Source: the human T2T-CHM13v2.0 reference genome, Homo sapiens
Direction: 5' to 3' (one strand)
DNA length: 64,000 bases
Assembly: GCF_009914755.1 (NCBI RefSeq)
Contig: NC_060942.1
Part shown: in pieces, positions 55,973-64,000 of the stretch
Numbering within the stretch: position 1 is the stretch's first letter
How the letters are laid out: each line of letters begins with the position of its first letter
The notes under the pieces: model-generated
What the model was told of the DNA's origin: nothing
Seen by the model: the letters and a program-made list of their open reading frames with translations, nothing else
The model's database searches: none
Translations under genes and position numbers: made by a program

Positions 55973-56512
55973 TTTTTTTTGGGGGGCGGGGGGATGAAGC
56001 TTTGAAAAATTTATTTTTGCATAACATAAACATGTCAATCTTTCCCTTTAGCTCCTTCCACTCCTCCTTCAGTGTGCCGAAGAGATACTGAGTTCTTCCA
56101 GATTTTTGCTTAGCTGGGTAGTTTCTAAACTCAACAGACTCTCCAGGTAGGTAGTTCCTGCACGGGGCTTTCCTGTCACTGGATCTATGACTTTTCCAAC
56201 TTTGAAAATGATCTTGGCCTGTTCATGTTTCACATGCTTCGTTCATGGGACAGGTAAAGCTCTGAGAAGCACGATATCCCCAGCTGTGCACTGCCGAAGG
56301 CCATCGTGAACAAAGGAGGTTTTCCACTTATTATAATACTTTAATAAATAGGGATCCAGAACAAGCCCGGCCACTCTCGCTTTAGCAGTCTTTTGTATTT
56401 TTGTCCCAATCACCTTCCCCACGATCCATCTGGCATGGACAGATGAATGAACGACGGACATGATGTGGCTTTGGTCACCTCCGCCATGACTGTGCAGCCA
56501 CCTGCCCCAGGG
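55973..56512 (-). pseudogene. MRPS17 processed pseudogene (possibly MRPS17P7); CDS-homologous part 56069-56461
   Basis: [21 protein letters not shown]...LRALPVP*TKHVKHE...[11 protein letters not shown]: 130 codons, intronless, one internal TGA (56243-56245). 5'UTR and short 3'UTR, AATAAA and poly(A) remnant. Confidence 0.93.
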
Positions 56513-56517
56513 AGCCT

Positions 56518-56710
56518 GCCTTCCTTCCTTCCTTCTTTCCTTCCTTCCTTCCTTCTTTCTTTCTTCTTTCCTTCCTTCCTTCTTTCTTTCTTTTTCTTTC
56601 TTTCTTTTTCTTTCTTTCTTTCTCTCCCTCTTTCTTTCTTTCTTTCTCTTTTTCTCTCTTTCTCTCTTTCTTTCTTTCTCTCTTTCTCTCTTTCTTTCTT
56701 TCTTTCTTTC
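56518..56710. repeat. (CCTT)n/(CTTT)n/(CT)n tract, tail of the Alu abutting the MRPS17 retrocopy
   Basis: Read directly. Confidence 0.93.
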
Positions 56711-56991
56711 ATACCGAGTCTTGCTCTGTAGCCCAGGCTGGAGTGCAGTGGTGTGATCTCGGCTCACTGCAACCTCTGCCTCCTGGGTTCAAGTGTTTCT
56801 CCTGCCTCAGCCTCCTCAGTAGCTGTGATTACAAGCTCCTGCCACCACACCTGGCTAATTTTTGTATTTTTAGTAGAGATGGGGTTTTACCATGTTAGGC
56901 AGGCTGGTCTCAAACTCCTGGCCTCAAGTGATCCACCTGCCTCAGCCTCCCAAAATGCTAGGATTACAGGTGTGAGACACTGTGCCCAGCC
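56711..56991 (-). mobile_element. AluS directly upstream (minus sense) of the MRPS17 retrocopy
   Basis: Full dimer; tail is the 56518-56710 pyrimidine tract. Confidence 0.9.
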
Positions 56992-57657
56992 TGACACTAT
57001 TCTTGAATTAACTTTTCACTTTCAGTTGTCAAAAAAAAAAAAAAAAAAAACAGAAAATAAGTGTTGGTGAGGCTGCAGAGGAGTTGAAACACTTTTGCAC
57101 TGCCAGTGGGAATATAAAACTGTGTAGCCACTGTGGAAAACAGCATAATGGTTCCTCAAAAAATAAACATAGAATTACCATAGGATCTAGCAATCTCACT
57201 TCTGGGTATATACCCAAAAGAATTGAAGGCAGGAATCCGAGCAGATATTTATACAGTAGACCCATGTTCACAACAGTGATATTCACAAAAGCAAAGAGGT
57301 AGAAATAATCCAAATGCTATCTGATAACTGGATACACAAAATGTGGTATAGAGACAAGGAACTATCATTTGGCCTTAAAAAGGAAATCCTGGCACATGCA
57401 TAAAGACATGCTAAGTAAAATAAACCAGTCACAGAAGGACACATGATGTATGATTTCACTTACATTAGGAATGCAGAGTAGGCAAATTCAGAGACAGAAA
57501 GCAGGATGATGGTTGCCAAAGGTTGGGAGGAAGGGGAGTTGTTTAATGAGTGCAGAGCTTCAGTTGGAGAAGAACTTCTGGAGGTGGATGGCGGTGATGG
57601 CTGCACAACCATGTGAATGCCCTTAAAGACACTGAAGTGTATAATTAAAAATGGTTG

Positions 57658-58580
<923 letters not shown>

Positions 58581-58818
58581 ATAACAATAAATTTTTTTTA
58601 AGTACTCAGTTGTTCTTTATCTCCTTTGGAGAAAGGAGAAGAGATTTAAACTGATTTCAACTAAAAAATTTCCTGATCAGACAAGTTGCCAAAAGAATAA
58701 CTGGAATTTCTTCTCTGACTGTGTTTCTCAAGTATCTAGCCAGGCAGTGTGCTAAAAGCTAGGGACAGTGGGAAACCAAAAATCACACATCCTACCTTAA
58801 TGGGGCTAAGAGTTCAGC

Positions 58819-59008
58819 CCAATGGCTCTGAAACTTTAGCACATATGAAAATCCTCTGGTGGGCTTGTTGAGCACAAATTGCTAGCACCTACACTCAGGA
58901 TTTCTGACTCAGGGGGACTGGGCTGGGGTCCAAGACTCTTCATTTCCATCAAGCTCCCGGGTGATGCCAGTGCTGCCGGTACAGGGACCACCCTTTAAGA
59001 AGCTCTAG
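58819..59008 (+). mobile_element. MER5A (hAT-Charlie) DNA transposon
   Basis: ...GATTTCTGACTCAG...GGCTGGGGTCCAAGA...AAGCTCCCGGGTGATGCC..TGCTGC...GGGACCACCCTT. Confidence 0.7.
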
Positions 59009-59629
59009 GGCAGGAGGAGGGACTTGTAGGTAAAGAAGCAGTTTCAATCAAGTGTGCTGTGATGGGAATCCACCCAGTATACATACTAGGTAATGCATCC
59101 ACCTGTCCTAGGAGAGGTCAAGAAAGCCTTTCCTAGAGGAGGTGTTGCAGAAATTGAGGTCTAACCTGAGACCTACAGGACATGTAGGAGTCAGACAGGT
59201 GCATGAAAGGGACAGAGCATTTCAGGTGGAGAGTGTCCAATTTGCACAGGTCTAGAGGTAAGAACAGCCTGTTCTTGAAATTGCAAATCTTTCCATGTCA
59301 TGGGCAGTCAGAGAGTGATGGGGAAAGTAATGAATAAGGAAGAGAGAGGTGAGGTCTATCAAAAAGGAGGTTGGAATCCTACAGTTTATCCACAGGATAA
59401 AAGGAAGCCAACCTCAGGCAGGCTTGCAGCATTCAAGAATTGAAGCTCTAAGAACTAAGGTGAGCTCATCAGCTCCGGGAGAAGGCATAGGTCCAGTAGA
59501 GTCGCAGACTAAGCAGGTGGGGAAGGGGGCAGTTGTACATGCCCCTCTAATTCTCGCATCATCTCACACAACCCAAGCTCCATTTCCTCAGAAAGCCTTC
59601 TGCTGCTCAGGTAAGAAAAACCCAAGGCC

Positions 59630-60173
<544 letters not shown>

Positions 60174-60373
60174 TTACTGCCTGAAGCCAGCAAGCAACTG
60201 GTTTGGGTCTTCACTCATGAAAACACACACACATACAAATATATACACAGAGAGCTCTAAATTGATTTTTAAAAAATCTATAGGGTATAAAGCAAGACAA
60301 TTAACAATTATACATTATATACAGTCTACAAATATCCTAGATATCACTTTTATAATGAGATATAAGGAATTCT

Positions 60374-60715
<342 letters not shown>

Positions 60716-62094
60716 CTACTAAGAAGAATCCTAGAATCATACCTATTCTCCAAAGCCATCTGTAAATCCTAAAAATAACCAGTCAAGGGAATTGAGGGAG
60801 GAAAACATAGTCCAGATTAGAATTCTAAAAGGCCATTTTTACTGTTTACATGCCAAAAAAAAAAAAAAAAAAAAGCTAAGCTTTTAAAGCTTTCTCTATT
60901 GTGTATTTTACCAAAGTCAGTATGAAGGATTCAAAATATTACATAGCTAATCCTTACTCCAAGTTCTAAAAATAAAATGCAAGAGACGGTTGCATGCCAA
61001 GTTGGTAACAAATCCCTATGCCAAGGATAGAAGTGGAAATTGATGCAAGGAGGAAATGAGTTATGCTGTAAAATGAAACACACACCCAAGAGAAAGGCTT
61101 AACCCTTGGGCTGACCATAGCAGCAAACACTGTAACCAGTTAAAAAGTCCAAGAAGCCAGAGGTAGATGATAATTCTACAAATTCAGAGATGTTCTTGTT
61201 TTCCCAGCTGCTCCACAAGGACTTTACCAGCCTAGATAAACAGAGCCCGCCTTCCACTTTCCATGAAGGATCAGGTGGGCAGCTTCCCAGTGAGTAAGGT
61301 GGGTGGCTGAGTATCCTTATCTTGATGGTGAGTGACAGGTGGCTTTGGGAAGTGTACTCAGACAGGACAGCTTCCTTGCTCAACCGTAGTCTGACCCAGG
61401 CATATTAAGGGGAGGACCAGCTCAGAAAGAAAGCAGAGCCAAGTGTATGCATTGCGCAAAACCTCTGATGGCCAGGAAGGCCTGGCCGCCATTCCCTAGA
61501 GCCACGCATTCTGCCTGCCCCACGACTCTTCCATCCTCAGAGCCGTATTTCCTCCTGGGCCTGCCCTGCCAGATCTGATTGGCTCCCTTCTCCCTGCTCT
61601 GCTATTAAATGCCTTCCTTGGGTTCAAATAAAGCTAGTTTCTCTAGAGCCTTTCTAGGTATGCCCGTGCGCCTTCCCACTCCAAACCCACTGTGAATGGA
61701 AGACCATTCATTCACCAATTCCTCATTTAGTTAAAAATCAAGACCCACCAGCAAGAAACTCAGTGCAAGGCTCCTTGGAGGTGCTGGGGTAAAGCAAGAA
61801 ACTGCTAGTACTTCATTAAGCCAGTAGGCAACTGGTTTGAGCCTTAATTCATGAAAACACACACACTTCACTCTAAATTGATTTTTAAAATATCATAAAT
61901 GCCATCGGACTATCTCAAATGGCAAGAAACGGCCAAAGATGACTCCAGAGTAGATAATTGAAATGGATGTGGGGAAAGTAAGCTCATTCAGGAGCACTGA
62001 GCCTGGGGCATCCCAAATGCACAGCAAATAGTAGATCTGATCGAAGAACTTTTATTTGTAATTCTGATTTCATAATGTATTAATGATAGCACCA

Positions 62095-62546
<452 letters not shown>

Positions 62547-63132
62547 TAGCAAGCTTCCCTAGGTGCCCACCCACCCCAGCTGCCAATGGGAACCGCAGTC
62601 CAATATTTCACATTTCGGTTAGATGTCTCAAAATTTGTTTAGCACTTTCCAGAGCAGTCCACAAAATGCCACTTGCCTTGACAGGCCTGTGTTCTATATG
62701 CAATGGCACCACAGAATTTAGTTACCATCCACTTTGCCTCCATCCAGTTTGGGATCTTCCTCACTCCGTGAGACACAAGGCTCCTTTCTCCTGCCTCCAG
62801 CCGGCCCACCCTCAGAACAGGGTACCCCTGGAGCCAAATTGTTGAGGCAGGAGCTCCAGATGGGTAGAAATGGGATAGAGGAGAAGGAGAGGCTGAGACA
62901 GGGACTTTGAGATGCACTGCAAGCCAGCCAGTGGGGAGGCTACCCCTTGGGGGCAAACCACACGCAGGGGACAGGTATACTGGGGCTTGCCTACTGCGGC
63001 AGATCGCAAGTTCATGGCAATATACCTGTAGGTGAAAACATGTCAACATGCCCCAATGTTAAGGACAGAACAGCAAAGGGACAGTCAGATACGAGTTAAA
63101 GTCACCGTTCTTCTAGAAACATGGATGTGAAT

Positions 63133-63433
63133 TTTGTTTGTTTTGTTCTGTAACAGAGTCTCGCTCTGTCGCCCAGGCTGGAGTGCAGTGGCACGATCTC
63201 GGCTCACTGCAACTTCTGCCTCCTAGGTTCAAGCGATTCTCCTGCCTCAGCTTCCTGATAGCTGGGATTACAGGCACGTGCCACCACACCTAGCTAATTT
63301 TTGTATTTTTAGTAGAGACAGGGTTTCACCATGTTGGTCAGGCTGGTTTTGAACTCCTTTTCAAGTGATCTGCCCACCTCAGCCTCCCAAAGTGCTGGAA
63401 TTACAGGCGTGAGCCATTGCACCCTGCCTGGAC
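63133..63433 (-). mobile_element. AluS
   Basis: TSD-like TGAATTTT. Confidence 0.9.
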
Positions 63434-63673
63434 TTGAATTTTTGTCAGAAAGAGATTTGCAATTAATGCTGATTGCAACTGATGGCAGAATTAAGATGGT
63501 AAGTCTTATATCACAACCACCTCCTAAAATCAAAATGGAGCTGTTTCTGTAGGAGTCAGACTACCTCCTTTAGAGGATATGGGAGTAGTCCATCACTCAT
63601 TCAGACAGTTTTATTAAGCGTGATATAGTCTACCTCTCTCAGCACTGGGCGTGGTGCATCTCCTATTGTTAGG

Positions 63674-63731
63674 CAATTCCCTTACTTCCTGATCCTTCAA
63701 TTCACTTACTTCCTGATCCTTCAATTCACTT
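63674..63731. repeat. 24-bp tandem duplication, 2.4 copies
   Basis: CAATTCCCTTACTTCCTGATCCTT CAATTCACTTACTTCCTGATCCTT CAATTCACTT. Confidence 0.92.
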
Positions 63732-64000
63732 TCTTTATAATTACGAAATGGTCTGAGATTACCAGGTTCCCCTTGCTCAAGCTTCCAAAAATCAGGCTGA
63801 CAAGTTACATTTGGACATCTGCTCTTCAAAAGCCAAAGGCAGAGTTTTCTGTTAAATAATGAGCTGTCCAAGCATATTTTGATTCATTCAGGCCACATAC
63901 AGCAGCAGGAGTTTCTGGGTGGTGCCTCAGGTCTAAATTTTACTGTAATCCTACAGGTTAGAAATCAATGAGCTGATCAGAACATATCCAGTTTCCAAAG

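Overview
Human (primate) genomic DNA lying inside the ATP8B1 (FIC1, P4-ATPase lipid flippase) gene, which runs on the minus strand. The only host-gene exon I can support is the first coding exon (23908-24113, ATG at 24088, [22 protein letters not shown]...). The rest is intronic and dominated by repeats. These include roughly 58 Alu copies or fragments and a full-length L1PA2-type LINE-1 (11601-17619; intact ORF1, ORF2 with two nonsense codons) nested in an ancient ~14 kb L1. There is also a solo HERV-W LTR17 with a 4-bp TSD, a U6 snRNA pseudogene, an MRPS17 processed pseudogene, MaLR/MER/MIR/L1M fragments and microsatellites. I see no prokaryotic-type system, CRISPR array or new protein-coding gene. 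The most interesting structures are: (i) an antisense full-length L1 in gene-breaking configuration downstream of the ATP8B1 start exon; (ii) an apparent L1PA8 3' transduction into which LTR17 inserted; (iii) an Alu and the MRPS17 retrocopy enclosed by a single target-site duplication; (iv) a NAGNAG acceptor at the start exon; (v) a fold-back hairpin inside an Alu monomer; and (vi) an unexplained dispersed direct repeat bracketing a cluster of transcription-factor motifs. Repeat subfamily calls and boundaries come from recalled consensus sequences, not computed alignments.
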